Origin: Nitrosopumilus maritimus SCM1
Lineage (GTDB): Archaea > Thermoproteota > Nitrososphaeria > Nitrososphaerales > Nitrosopumilaceae
Length of the DNA stretch: 32,000 nt
Reading direction: 5' to 3'
NCBI RefSeq assembly: GCF_000018465.1
Contig: NC_010085.1
Location: 990,001 to 1,022,000 of the forward strand
Part shown: in pieces, positions 8,715 to 17,002 of the stretch
How the letters are laid out: each line of letters starts with the position of its first letter
How positions within the stretch are numbered: the stretch's first letter is position 1
Program-made: the position numbers and the translations under genes
Notes under the pieces: model-generated
What the model was told of the DNA's origin: nothing
What the model saw: only the letters and a program-made list of their open reading frames with translations
Database searches by the model: none

Positions 8715-9185
8715 ATTTTGTAACTGTTGTTCTTTCTTTAGTTTTAGAGCAGTAAATCCAGCAAATCCAAAAATTATTGCCAACCCGACATATGCTAATA
8801 CTTGGCTATACTCTATGAGAACTGCAGACACTCCAGTTCCAACAACACTTGGAAGTAAAGACAATACATAGAGCCACCAACCACAACAACCAAGTGGAAC
8901 TAGAGAGAAAAATGAAAAGAAGGATGTTGCAGCAGTACTGCCAGAGTTTCCACCAAATGCTTTTCTTTTAACATCTAGTTTGCATCCAAGCAGTTTACTT
9001 TTTTCAGACAAAAACACTTGAAGACCAATTCCAACTCCCATACCAATTATCACAATAGAGTTTAGTTGAAATGCAGCACTGATTGCAGCATAGGGTTCTA
9101 GGGCAGGAGTAGTTGCCACTACCACTGTCAAGTAGAGTGTAACGGTAATTATTCCAACAATAGTTGCTTTTTGAATAGGTTTCAT
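8697..9185 (-). CDS. Multi-pass membrane protein, function unknown
   Basis: 162 aa, about four hydrophobic segments including FFSFFSLVPLGCCGWWLYVLSLLPSVVGTGVSAVL. Its ATG overlaps the stop of the upstream DUF3179 gene (ATGA). Confidence 0.8.
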   Translation of the reverse strand: MKPIQKATIVGIITVTLYLTVVVATTPALEPYAAISAAFQLNSIVIIGMGVGIGLQVFLSEKSKLLGCKLDVKRKAFGGNSGSTAATSFFSFFSLVPLGCCGWWLYVLSLLPSVVGTGVSAVLIEYSQVLAYVGLAIIFGFAGFTALKLKKEQQLQNSLELN

Positions 9186-10309
9186 GATACATCACCATAA
9201 ACTAGAGTTTTAGGATGAAATGCGACCCATTCAAACCAAAATCCAGGCTCAATTGGGAGTCTTTCTAGTTGTTTTCCCTCATAATAGCCAGATTTTGCCA
9301 ATCCATCATAACTCCACTCAGAGTTTGTTTGAGAATCGATTATCTTTCCATCAAAATATTCAAAATCTAAAATTTCTCCATCAACTACTCTATCAAATGC
9401 GCGAGAGTTTTCAGAAAATAAAGACACTAACAAAATAGAAGTACTTCCAACTGAATCATTTATCACTATTTGAGATTCAATGTCGTTTTGTTTGTAAGCT
9501 TTGTAAATTCCATCTAAATTAAAGCCAACGATAATTTCTTTTGGATGCATTCTGTCATCTCTATACTCTACAGGAAACATTATTCGAGGTTCTGCGTAAT
9601 AATTTCCATAAGGATCAGTTGCATAAGATCTTAGATGACCAGTGTCAGTAGTTAGTACCAAAGTATCTGGATGTAATTTTTTCCAATCACCCCAAGTAAT
9701 TACATCAAAAGGAACCAAGTCAAGTTGATATCCAGACAATTCTCCTTTTACTGCAATCCCAAGTGCTTGACTCCAATAGGATTCAGTCAGTCTATCATAC
9801 ATTAACAAATTACTGTTGTATAATTTTCCAGATGTTCCAAACTCTACTTCTTGTCCATCAATTACTCTTTCAAAGACTTGATTAGTATAACACAGTGGAC
9901 AATAAGTTACAGATACTGGAAGCCCACCAACTTTGTCATTTACGATTTCATGCCAAACCAAAATGAATAATGGATATGCTTTTGCCTGACCGTTAATTTC
10001 CAAACCAATCACAGTATCTGAATCAGACATGAATTGAGAGTCTGAAATGTCAGCAAATATGGGATTATCAATTGAAGGAATTCCATCTTTTGGAGGACCA
10101 CCACCTTTGATCTTATCTAAGGGAATCAGATGTTTGATGCCATCAGTCTCCATCATTTGAAATTCAGATATTCCAGTTTCAGGCACCACAACAGAGGATG
10201 ACGTAGGTGTGATTGTTGTGTAGGGTCTAGAGTCCTCAGACAAGAACAAACCTAAACCTACAAGTGCAATACCTATAGCTACTGCTGGAGCAAGAATCTT
10301 GGCATTCAA
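9182..10309 (-). CDS. DUF3179 domain-containing membrane-anchored/secreted protein
   Basis: 375 aa. Signal/TM N-terminus, then VIGLEINGQAKAYPLFILVWHEIVNDKVGGLPVSVTYCPLCYTNQVFER and FGTSGKLYNSNLLMYDRLTESYWSQ, the DUF3179 hallmark. Confidence 0.87.
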   Translation of the reverse strand: MNAKILAPAVAIGIALVGLGLFLSEDSRPYTTITPTSSSVVVPETGISEFQMMETDGIKHLIPLDKIKGGGPPKDGIPSIDNPIFADISDSQFMSDSDTVIGLEINGQAKAYPLFILVWHEIVNDKVGGLPVSVTYCPLCYTNQVFERVIDGQEVEFGTSGKLYNSNLLMYDRLTESYWSQALGIAVKGELSGYQLDLVPFDVITWGDWKKLHPDTLVLTTDTGHLRSYATDPYGNYYAEPRIMFPVEYRDDRMHPKEIIVGFNLDGIYKAYKQNDIESQIVINDSVGSTSILLVSLFSENSRAFDRVVDGEILDFEYFDGKIIDSQTNSEWSYDGLAKSGYYEGKQLERLPIEPGFWFEWVAFHPKTLVYGDVS

Positions 10310-10384
10310 TTTTGTAAGGATTTCTCCTCTAAATTATTAAAAAATTATTCCAACTTTTGGATAGGATTTGGACAAACCCTTTTA

Positions 10385-10831
10385 ATGATTTTTCAAAGGC
10401 CAGAATCAATGAATACAGAAGCAACCCTAAAGGGAAATGTATTACATGACATTACCCACTGGGGAATTAGCGCATCTATTGGTGTGACATTCATTGTTCA
10501 TAGCATAAAGAAATTTGATCCTGGATGGCAAGAGTGGTTAATTTCAATAGGAATTCCACCTGAGCTTCAATTACCAATTGCTCTAGCTGAATTTATTGGA
10601 GGAGTATTACTTGTTGTAGGAGTTCTGTCTAGAATTTCTGCCGTAATATTATCAGTAATTTTACTTGGAGCGATATTTCACATCAGGTGGGAAAATGGAT
10701 TTTTTGTTTCCAAAGGAGGATGGGAATGGGATTTAGTAATGCTAGCTGCAACACTTGCAATCATAGCAGCAGGGCCAGGTAGAATTTCAATATCTCATGT
10801 AGCAAAAAAGATTCCTAGATTCTTACAGTGA
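10385..10831 (+). CDS. DoxX family membrane protein
   Basis: 148 aa: WGISASIGVTFIVHSIKKFDPGWQEWL...PIALAEFIGGVLLVVGVLSRISAVILSVILLGAIFHIRWENGFF. Confidence 0.85.
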   Translation: MIFQRPESMNTEATLKGNVLHDITHWGISASIGVTFIVHSIKKFDPGWQEWLISIGIPPELQLPIALAEFIGGVLLVVGVLSRISAVILSVILLGAIFHIRWENGFFVSKGGWEWDLVMLAATLAIIAAGPGRISISHVAKKIPRFLQ

Positions 10832-11974
10832 TTACTTTATTTTTTTATTTAATTCTGTAATGAATTTTTTTATTTTCGGTTTTGGAATTACAGCGCCGCA
10901 TGCTCTATCATGTCCACCACCAGAACCACCAAGATCAGTTGCCAACAAATTAACAATTTTACCTAAATGTACTTTACAATTCTTAGAACCTCTAACAGAT
11001 ACAGCGTAAATTCCATGGTCTACTCTTTCTTTGTATGCAACACCAACATCCTTACCAGACAAACCCATTACAAAATTCACAGCACCACTAGCACCAGAAT
11101 CAAGAATCTCCATGTGTCCTAGATTTTTCATTGTTTTCATACCGGCTTTTACTTTGGCAATCATTTGTGAGAGTTTTTCAACTTGAATTTGTGCAAATTC
11201 AAAGGTGTTTGGAATATCATGAGGGAATTTGGATTCTGCTAGTTCTTCAACCAAGTACAAGAGATAGTCAGGTTCTTTTTGATGACCTACAATGTTGTAG
11301 GTTAGAACAGTAGCACTGATGAGTGCAAATTGTCTATCATACATTTGAAGTAGTTTAGAACCAAGTGGTCTATCCTCCATGTAATCAGTGATTGCAGCAC
11401 ATGTTGCAACAAAAGTAGCATGTTCGTTTAATTTTGATTTATAGGCATTGTAAACTTGAACAGTAGTACATTCGTTAATGTCGTGAATTACTTTGACTTT
11501 GAGTTTCTCTAATGATTTGACAACATTAGGATCAATGTCATGATGATCAATGTATGTAATTGAAACTTTATTTTTTCTCAGGGTTTTCATAATATCAATA
11601 AATTCATCTTGAGTTTTTTTGCTTAGACCTAAATCACAAATGTATAATGACTTTAATTTTTCATCAGTAACAACTTGTTGGAGTGCTTCCATTTGTCCAG
11701 GATAGTCAACTAAAATTGCATCACCGCCAAATGCTTGTCGAATTAATGCTGCAGAACTAATACCATCAGCATCTTCTTTGTGAGATATGCAAATTACTTT
11801 GGTACGATTTGATTTTGTTACTTTTTTAGTAGTTGTTTTTTTAGCAACTTTTTTGGTTGCAGTTTTTTTAGTTGTTTTTTTAACAACTTTTTTGGTTGTA
11901 GTTTTTTTAGTAGTTGTTTTTGTCTTTTTAGTTGTTGATTTCTTTGTAGCAGGTTTCTTTGTTGCGGCCAACAT
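10832..11974 (-). CDS. DHH/DHHA1-family phosphoesterase with N-terminal Lys/Thr-rich tail
   Basis: 380 aa. CISHKEDADGISSAALI, DLG, ITYIDHHD and C-terminal GGSGGGHDRACGA motifs; N-terminus MLAATKKPATKKSTTKKTKTTTKKTTTKKVVKKTTKK. Confidence 0.9.
   Translation of the reverse strand: MLAATKKPATKKSTTKKTKTTTKKTTTKKVVKKTTKKTATKKVAKKTTTKKVTKSNRTKVICISHKEDADGISSAALIRQAFGGDAILVDYPGQMEALQQVVTDEKLKSLYICDLGLSKKTQDEFIDIMKTLRKNKVSITYIDHHDIDPNVVKSLEKLKVKVIHDINECTTVQVYNAYKSKLNEHATFVATCAAITDYMEDRPLGSKLLQMYDRQFALISATVLTYNIVGHQKEPDYLLYLVEELAESKFPHDIPNTFEFAQIQVEKLSQMIAKVKAGMKTMKNLGHMEILDSGASGAVNFVMGLSGKDVGVAYKERVDHGIYAVSVRGSKNCKVHLGKIVNLLATDLGGSGGGHDRACGAVIPKPKIKKFITELNKKIK
11798..11965 (-). repeat. Low-complexity TTKK/KKTT-coding tract in the DHH protein gene
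   Basis: Degenerate repeats of actactaaaaaa/acaactaaaaaa-type codons encoding about 55 residues of Lys/Thr with scattered Val/Ala. Boundaries approximate. Confidence 0.75.
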
Positions 11975-12016
11975 TAGGAAAAACTACAAACCCTCATTTA
12001 AATGAAGAATGAAATC

Positions 12017-12208
12017 TCAAGATTTTCTAGATGGGTTTTTGACGCTTTGATTTATCAGAGAACTTGAATCTAAATATACCTCATAAAGAGAGAGTCCTTC
12101 CATCTGATTTTGAGAATCAATTTCTTGAAGTTTTTTTAATTCTTCAGCAGATGCATTGAGAACCAAGTCATCAAGTTTTTGTAGATTTTTGCGTTCACTG
12201 GGAGTCAT
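12017..12208 (-). CDS. Small hypothetical protein
   Basis: 63 aa: MTPSERKNLQKLDDLVLNASAEELKKLQEIDSQNQMEGLSLYEVYLD; plausible amphipathic helix. Reads as coding, but no family recognised. Confidence 0.6.
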   Translation of the reverse strand: MTPSERKNLQKLDDLVLNASAEELKKLQEIDSQNQMEGLSLYEVYLDSSSLINQSVKNPSRKS

Positions 12209-12246
12209 TTAATTTTTGATTAAAAATTCTCATTTAGGGCCAAAAG

Positions 12247-12270
12247 TTAGCATATTAGACTAAATGCTAA
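12247..12270. promoter_or_regulatory. Nested inverted repeat upstream of the citrate synthase gene
   Basis: TTAGCAT-A-TTAG-A-CTAA-ATGCTAA: outer arms ttagcat/atgctaa and an inner ttag/ctaa pair, about 58 nt upstream of the ATG at 12328. Confidence 0.45.
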
Positions 12271-12327
12271 ATTTCATAGACATAATTTTGGCGAAAATAT
12301 AATAGAAGAATTTCTGCTAGGCTCAGT

Positions 12328-13491
12328 ATGGAGACCAAAAATATTGGCTTGCGAGGAATTGAAGTCGCAGATACAAGAATTTCAAATATTGACGGTGAAA
12401 AAGGCAAATTAATCTACAGAGGATTTGACATTTTAGATCTTACAAAAAATTCAACATTTGAAGAGACAGCATATTTGCTGCTTTATGACAATCTACCAAC
12501 AAAGGCACAGTTAGATGAATTTAATCAAAAACTAGTTGAAGCACGATACATCCCAAAACAGATGCAAAAGAATATGGGAAATTGGAGAAAGGATGCAGAT
12601 CCAATGGACATGCTTCAGGCATTTGTCTCAGCACTGGCAGGATACTACGATGAGGAATTTTCAAACAAGGAAGCAAGTTATGAAAAAGCAATCAATCTAA
12701 TTGCCAAAGTTCCAACAATAATTGCAAGTTGGCAACGAATTAGAAATGGACTACCAATTGTAGACCCAGATTCATCTCTTAGTCATGCAGCAAATTTCCT
12801 TTACATGATGTCAGGAGAAAAACCAGATCCTGAAGTAGAGAAGGTTTTTGACGTGTGTCTAATTTTGCATGCAGACCACACATTCAATGCATCTACATTT
12901 ACAGCTAGACAAGTTGCATCAACAAGAGCTCACATGTATTCAGCATCAAGTGCAGCAATTGGTGCACTAAGTGGAGAACTACACGGAGGGGCAAACACCG
13001 AAGTCATGAAGATGTTACTAGAAATCAAAGAAATTGACAAAGTAGAACCATGGATTAAAGAAAAAATGAGTGCAGGTGAAAGAATTATGGGAATGGGTCA
13101 TGCAGTTTACAGAACATATGATCCTAGAGCACAAGTTCTAAAAGAGCTCTCAAGAAAACTTGCAGAAAAAACAAAAGAGCCATGGTTTGATATGACTGAA
13201 AAAGTTGAAACTACAACCATTTCTGAAATGAAAGCACAGAAAGGAAAAGACATCTATCCAAATGTCGATTTGTATAGTGCATCAATTTACTATATGTTAA
13301 AAATTCCAGTAGATTTGAACACACCAATATTTGCAATATCAAGAGTCGTAGGATGGGCAGCTCATATTATTGAAGAAAAGTTTGCAGAAGCTGCACCAAA
13401 ACCAGCATTGTATAGACCAAAAGCAACGTATGTTGGAAAGTATTGTGGTCCAGAAGGTTGTGAATACAAAACACTAGACTTGAGAAAATAA
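12328..13491 (+). CDS. gltA: Citrate synthase
   Basis: 387 aa: RGIEVADTRISNIDGEKGKLIYRGFDILDL, GALSGELHGGANTEVMKML, and MGMGHAVYRTYDPRAQVLKELSRKLA. Confidence 0.95.
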   Translation: METKNIGLRGIEVADTRISNIDGEKGKLIYRGFDILDLTKNSTFEETAYLLLYDNLPTKAQLDEFNQKLVEARYIPKQMQKNMGNWRKDADPMDMLQAFVSALAGYYDEEFSNKEASYEKAINLIAKVPTIIASWQRIRNGLPIVDPDSSLSHAANFLYMMSGEKPDPEVEKVFDVCLILHADHTFNASTFTARQVASTRAHMYSASSAAIGALSGELHGGANTEVMKMLLEIKEIDKVEPWIKEKMSAGERIMGMGHAVYRTYDPRAQVLKELSRKLAEKTKEPWFDMTEKVETTTISEMKAQKGKDIYPNVDLYSASIYYMLKIPVDLNTPIFAISRVVGWAAHIIEEKFAEAAPKPALYRPKATYVGKYCGPEGCEYKTLDLRK

Positions 13492-13494
13492 TTT

Positions 13495-13701
13495 TTAATT
13501 TCTTGTACTAAGCCAATCTTTAGCTTTAGAATTTACATCATGCTTGTACAAGACTTCAAAGACCATATCATAAAATGTGATACCTTTCTTCTGTGCCTGT
13601 TCATCAAGCCACTTTATACCATCTGCTAGTTCAGGATCATACTCAGAGAACTCTACTAATTCATCCACCATTTTTGAAAAGAAGGCGTGAGATTCAAGCA
13701 T
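13495..13701 (-). CDS. Small hypothetical protein, with start re-assigned to an internal ATG
   Basis: The track ORF (13495..13788) collides head-on with the plus-strand ORF at 13778. The internal ATG at 13701 gives a tidy 68-aa product, MLESHAFFSKMVDELVEFSEYDPELADGIKWLDEQAQKKGITFYDMVFEVLYKHDVNSKAKDWLSTRN. Confidence 0.65.
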   Translation of the reverse strand: MLESHAFFSKMVDELVEFSEYDPELADGIKWLDEQAQKKGITFYDMVFEVLYKHDVNSKAKDWLSTRN

Positions 13702-13777
13702 AACTACACCTTTCAATCTTTGATCATAAGTGAAGAATTCAAAATATATTGACAAAAAACCACTTTTTGGATGACAA

Positions 13778-14125
13778 TTGGACCACATTTTTCATTTTGA
13801 CGGAGATAGTGAGAGAATCTCATGGAAAATCAAAACAGGAGATTCCATTTCAGAACAAAATCGTGAACATGTAGAAATGTACAAAGATAAAGTAACAAAT
13901 TTGCAATCAAAGTACATTGCATTTCATGTAGGCCTATTTTGGGCAATTGGAGTATTCATCATAAAAAATGAAGATAGTGTTAAAGTAAAATTCAACGAAA
14001 AAGCAATGTTTGAACATTTCAAATTTAACAAAGAAATTGATGATGAGTTTATCAAAAATAGAATGCGATTTATCAAACAATTAATTTCTCAAAGAAAATT
14101 AAAAATGGAATTTGAGTTAATTTAA
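13778..14125 (+). CDS. Hypothetical protein
   Basis: 115 aa, TTG start in the track. The charged globular sequence (WAIGVFIIKNEDSVKVKFNEKAMFEHFKFNKEIDDEFIKNRMRFIKQLISQRK) reads as coding. The exact start is uncertain. Confidence 0.65.
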   Translation: MDHIFHFDGDSERISWKIKTGDSISEQNREHVEMYKDKVTNLQSKYIAFHVGLFWAIGVFIIKNEDSVKVKFNEKAMFEHFKFNKEIDDEFIKNRMRFIKQLISQRKLKMEFELI

Positions 14126-14402
14126 TCACACAAAAATTCAAAGGCAAAAGAGCTTAAGACCAAAAACGGTTAGTTACATGGTGACAGCTCAGTTGCTTTG
14201 TATGATAGCATTACAGTACAGAATCATAAAAGAAAGAATTGTTCAACTTCATTGACAACAATCAATGTCGCATTAGAGCGATCATATGTAATTTTCAATG
14301 AATTTTTAGAAAATTTGAAAAAATTTGAAAATTTTACAGAAATCAAATCTCATGAAAGAAAAAAACATGAAAAATGTCATTATGAAAGTAAGAAAGAAGA
14401 TT

Positions 14403-14414
14403 AGATTTATTTAC
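14403..14414 (+). promoter_or_regulatory. Candidate archaeal TATA-box for the cupredoxin gene
   Basis: agatttatttac, about 25-35 nt upstream of the ATG at 14439, consistent with a leaderless or near-leaderless transcript. Confidence 0.4.
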
Positions 14415-14438
14415 CATATAGAGAGTGACTGATCAACT

Positions 14439-15395
14439 ATGGCAGGTATAGACAAGGCTGCAATTGGATTTTCAATCGCAATTGTAGCTATAGGAGTTGC
14501 ATTTGCCATGTATGGCGATGCAGCTCAAAATGCCGGTCCCAGTGTTTCAACTCCAGCTGTAAGAACTACAGCACCTGAACCACAAATGGAAGAACCAGTT
14601 CAAGCTGATCCATTTGCAGATCTTGCAGATGAAGTAAAGGCAGCTTCCGAAAAACCAAAGAAATCTGGTTGGGAGAGAGCCACATCTGTACAAGACCCAG
14701 GTATAGGACATGAGGAACACCAACTTGCAGTGCTATTGGCACCAAGTGAGAACACATATTCAGGTACACTTCTCTACGATGCATCTGAAAATATTCAATT
14801 GGTTTCACTTAGAGGACCAATCGGAGATGATGAAAACCCATCAAAGATTTGGACTCCAGACGGTGAAACAAGATTTGAATTAACACTTGTTGACCCAAAG
14901 AATGCAAAAGGAGAATGGGAATTTTCCGGTAATGCTTTAGCAGTTCACACATTCTATACTAACACATTCGTAGTTGATTACAAGATATTAGATCTAGTAG
15001 AAACAGAACCAATGGTTATGGAAGCTGAGGATGAAATGCATGTAGAAGATGAAATGCATGTAGAAGAAACTCATGAAGAAGAACCAGCAGGTCCAATGAC
15101 TCACACAGTCGATATGCCAGCAGGTACTTCAGTTCCAGGTTGTGAAGAAACTAACGAATGTTACATTCCAGCAAACATCACAATCAATGCTGGAGATACA
15201 GTAGAATTTGTCAATAGCGACACCGCTGCACACACAGTTACCGGTGGCAGTCCAGCAGATGGACCATCTGGTGTCTTTGATAGCAGCTTAGTTATGGGAG
15301 GAGCATCTTATTCATTCACATTTGAAGATGCAGGAACCTATGATTACTTCTGTATGGTACATCCTTGGATGGTTGGTAGTGTTACAGTGAACTAA
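14439..15395 (+). CDS. Plastocyanin/halocyanin-like blue copper (cupredoxin) protein
   Basis: 318 aa. N-terminal membrane anchor/signal (AAIGFSIAIVAIGVAFAMYGDAA). C-terminal cupredoxin domain with type-1 Cu ligands: DTAAHTVTGG (His) and YDYFCMVHPWMVGSVTV (Cys, His, Met). Confidence 0.92.
   Translation: MAGIDKAAIGFSIAIVAIGVAFAMYGDAAQNAGPSVSTPAVRTTAPEPQMEEPVQADPFADLADEVKAASEKPKKSGWERATSVQDPGIGHEEHQLAVLLAPSENTYSGTLLYDASENIQLVSLRGPIGDDENPSKIWTPDGETRFELTLVDPKNAKGEWEFSGNALAVHTFYTNTFVVDYKILDLVETEPMVMEAEDEMHVEDEMHVEETHEEEPAGPMTHTVDMPAGTSVPGCEETNECYIPANITINAGDTVEFVNSDTAAHTVTGGSPADGPSGVFDSSLVMGGASYSFTFEDAGTYDYFCMVHPWMVGSVTVN
15030..15065 (+). repeat. Perfect 18-nt tandem duplication, coding
   Basis: gatgaaatgcatgtagaa x2, encoding DEMHVE-DEMHVE followed by ETHEEE. 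Confidence 0.85.
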
Positions 15396-15430
15396 ACCAA
15401 ATTTTTTCTTTTTTCTTATTTTATCTGATT
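15396..15430 (+). terminator. T-rich tract downstream of the cupredoxin gene
   Basis: aaattttttcttttttcttattttatctgattttttc right after the stop; archaeal-type oligo-T termination signal. The tract lies partly in the convergent uvrC 3' end. Confidence 0.4.
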
Positions 15431-17002
15431 TTTTCTAATAGTCCTATTGTATGCCACGCCAAATCTGTGAGTCTCATCTCTAGCATGCTGTAAAATTTGA
15501 AGAGAGGGTTTGTTCTTTGCAATAGTAACAGGATTTTTGGTTTTAGGCAAGTAGATTTCTTCATTTTCTTTTGCCAAAGAGATACAAGGTAGTTTCAATC
15601 CAAGAGACTGTAAAGACTTTGTAGCAGCATTAAGTTGTCCTTTACCACCATCAATTACTATCAAATCAGGTAATTCAGAATTTTCTTCTAACAATCTATA
15701 GTATCTTCGCTTGATAACTTCACCAATCATTGCAAAATCATCTCTACCAGACACAGTTTTGATTTTGAATTTTCTGTATCCAGATTTGTTTGGTTTACCA
15801 TTAACAAATTGGGCCATGGATCCAACTGCAAAATCTTCACCATGATTAGATATATCAAAACATTCGATAACATTTGGAATTACAGGTAGATGCAGAATAT
15901 CTTTTAATTCAACTAATCCAGGTTCTCCACCTTTAGAATGAATTAGTTTGATATTTTTCAAAATCAAATTCATAATGTCTTTTTTCTTGCCCTTTGTCGG
16001 AGTAGAAATTTTTACAGAAAAACCAGCTTGTTCAGAAAGTAAAGATTCCAAAAGTTTTTGATTTTCAGGAAGTTCACTTACAATAATGTATTTTGGAATT
16101 TTGTGTGTTGAGTAGTATTGATAAAGAAAATTTGAAAAAGAGTTGTCACCAACTAGATCAAAAAAGAATTTGTCACTATCTCGAATAACACCATTAATCA
16201 TTCTAAAATTCATCACAGTTGCAGATTGTTCTTGAATTCCAATACCGAAATATTCTTCATCAGAATTTTCTACATATTCCATTTTTTGTTTTGTCTGAAG
16301 ACTGCCAAGTCTAATCAGAGTGTCACGAATATCTTTTGCACGCTCAAATTGTTGCAATTCAGCTGCCTGATGCATCTCTTCTTCTAATTTTTTAGTAAAG
16401 ATTTTTGTCTGGTTTTTTCCTTTTAGAACTTCTTCTAATGCAGCAACATGTTTTGGATATCTATCCTGAGCATCATTAAACTCACAAGGACCTTCACAAT
16501 TACCCAAATGATATTCAAGGCAGACTTTTTTTGGCAATGTTTTACAAATTCGGATTTGAAATGCTTTACGTAATGCACCAATTGTAAGCAGTTTTGAGCT
16601 ACCTTGAGTAAAAGGACCAAAAGTTTTTCCTTTACCAAGAAATTTTCCATCTCTTGTTCGTCTTGCAACTAACAATCGTGGATATTTTTCATCAGATATT
16701 CTAAGGTAAGTGTATCGTTGTTGATCCTTTAACTCGATGTTAAATCTAGGACGGTATTTTTTGATCATATTTGATTCTAAAAGAAATGCTTCACTTTCAT
16801 TATCAGTTAAAACAAATTCAATATCAGAAATGTTTTGAACCAGTTTTTGTGTTTTGTAATTTTGATTTTTTAAGAAATATGACTTTACACGTTTTTTGAG
16901 ATTCTTTGCCTTACCAATGTAAATTATTGTTCCATCAGAATCTTTCATCAAATATATTCCAGGATCTGTGGGAATTGTGATTTTAGAGATATCAAAAGTC
17001 AT
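15416..17002 (-). CDS. uvrC: Excinuclease ABC subunit C, lacking the C-terminal HhH region
   Basis: 528 aa. GIY-YIG N-terminus (PGIYLMKDSDGTIIYIGKAKNLKKRVKSYF), UVR-type motif, and UvrC endonuclease region (ECFDISNHGED...LIVIDGGKGQL...ARDETHRFGV). Confidence 0.95.
   Translation of the reverse strand: MTFDISKITIPTDPGIYLMKDSDGTIIYIGKAKNLKKRVKSYFLKNQNYKTQKLVQNISDIEFVLTDNESEAFLLESNMIKKYRPRFNIELKDQQRYTYLRISDEKYPRLLVARRTRDGKFLGKGKTFGPFTQGSSKLLTIGALRKAFQIRICKTLPKKVCLEYHLGNCEGPCEFNDAQDRYPKHVAALEEVLKGKNQTKIFTKKLEEEMHQAAELQQFERAKDIRDTLIRLGSLQTKQKMEYVENSDEEYFGIGIQEQSATVMNFRMINGVIRDSDKFFFDLVGDNSFSNFLYQYYSTHKIPKYIIVSELPENQKLLESLLSEQAGFSVKISTPTKGKKKDIMNLILKNIKLIHSKGGEPGLVELKDILHLPVIPNVIECFDISNHGEDFAVGSMAQFVNGKPNKSGYRKFKIKTVSGRDDFAMIGEVIKRRYYRLLEENSELPDLIVIDGGKGQLNAATKSLQSLGLKLPCISLAKENEEIYLPKTKNPVTIAKNKPSLQILQHARDETHRFGVAYNRTIRKNQIK

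Noticed and set aside
8513-9438. ORFs 8513..8710 (-), 9004..9198 (+) and 9220..9438 (+)
   Set aside because: Shadow ORFs opposite the split-barrel, membrane-protein and DUF3179 genes.
11131-12005. Plus-strand ORFs 11131..11313 and 11787..12005
   Set aside because: Antisense to the DHH gene. The 11787..12005 product (FLVVVFLATFLVAVFLVVFL) is hydrophobic only because it is the complement of the Lys/Thr repeat tract, so it is not a believable membrane protein.
14324-14345. A/T-rich direct repeat (aatttgaaaa-type) in the region before the cupredoxin gene
   Set aside because: Short and expected by chance in sequence this A/T-rich; no further copies nearby.
14198-14404. Plus-strand 68-aa ORF upstream of the cupredoxin gene
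   Set aside because: TTG start, low-complexity composition and no recognised motif. I treat the region as doubtful rather than a supported CDS.
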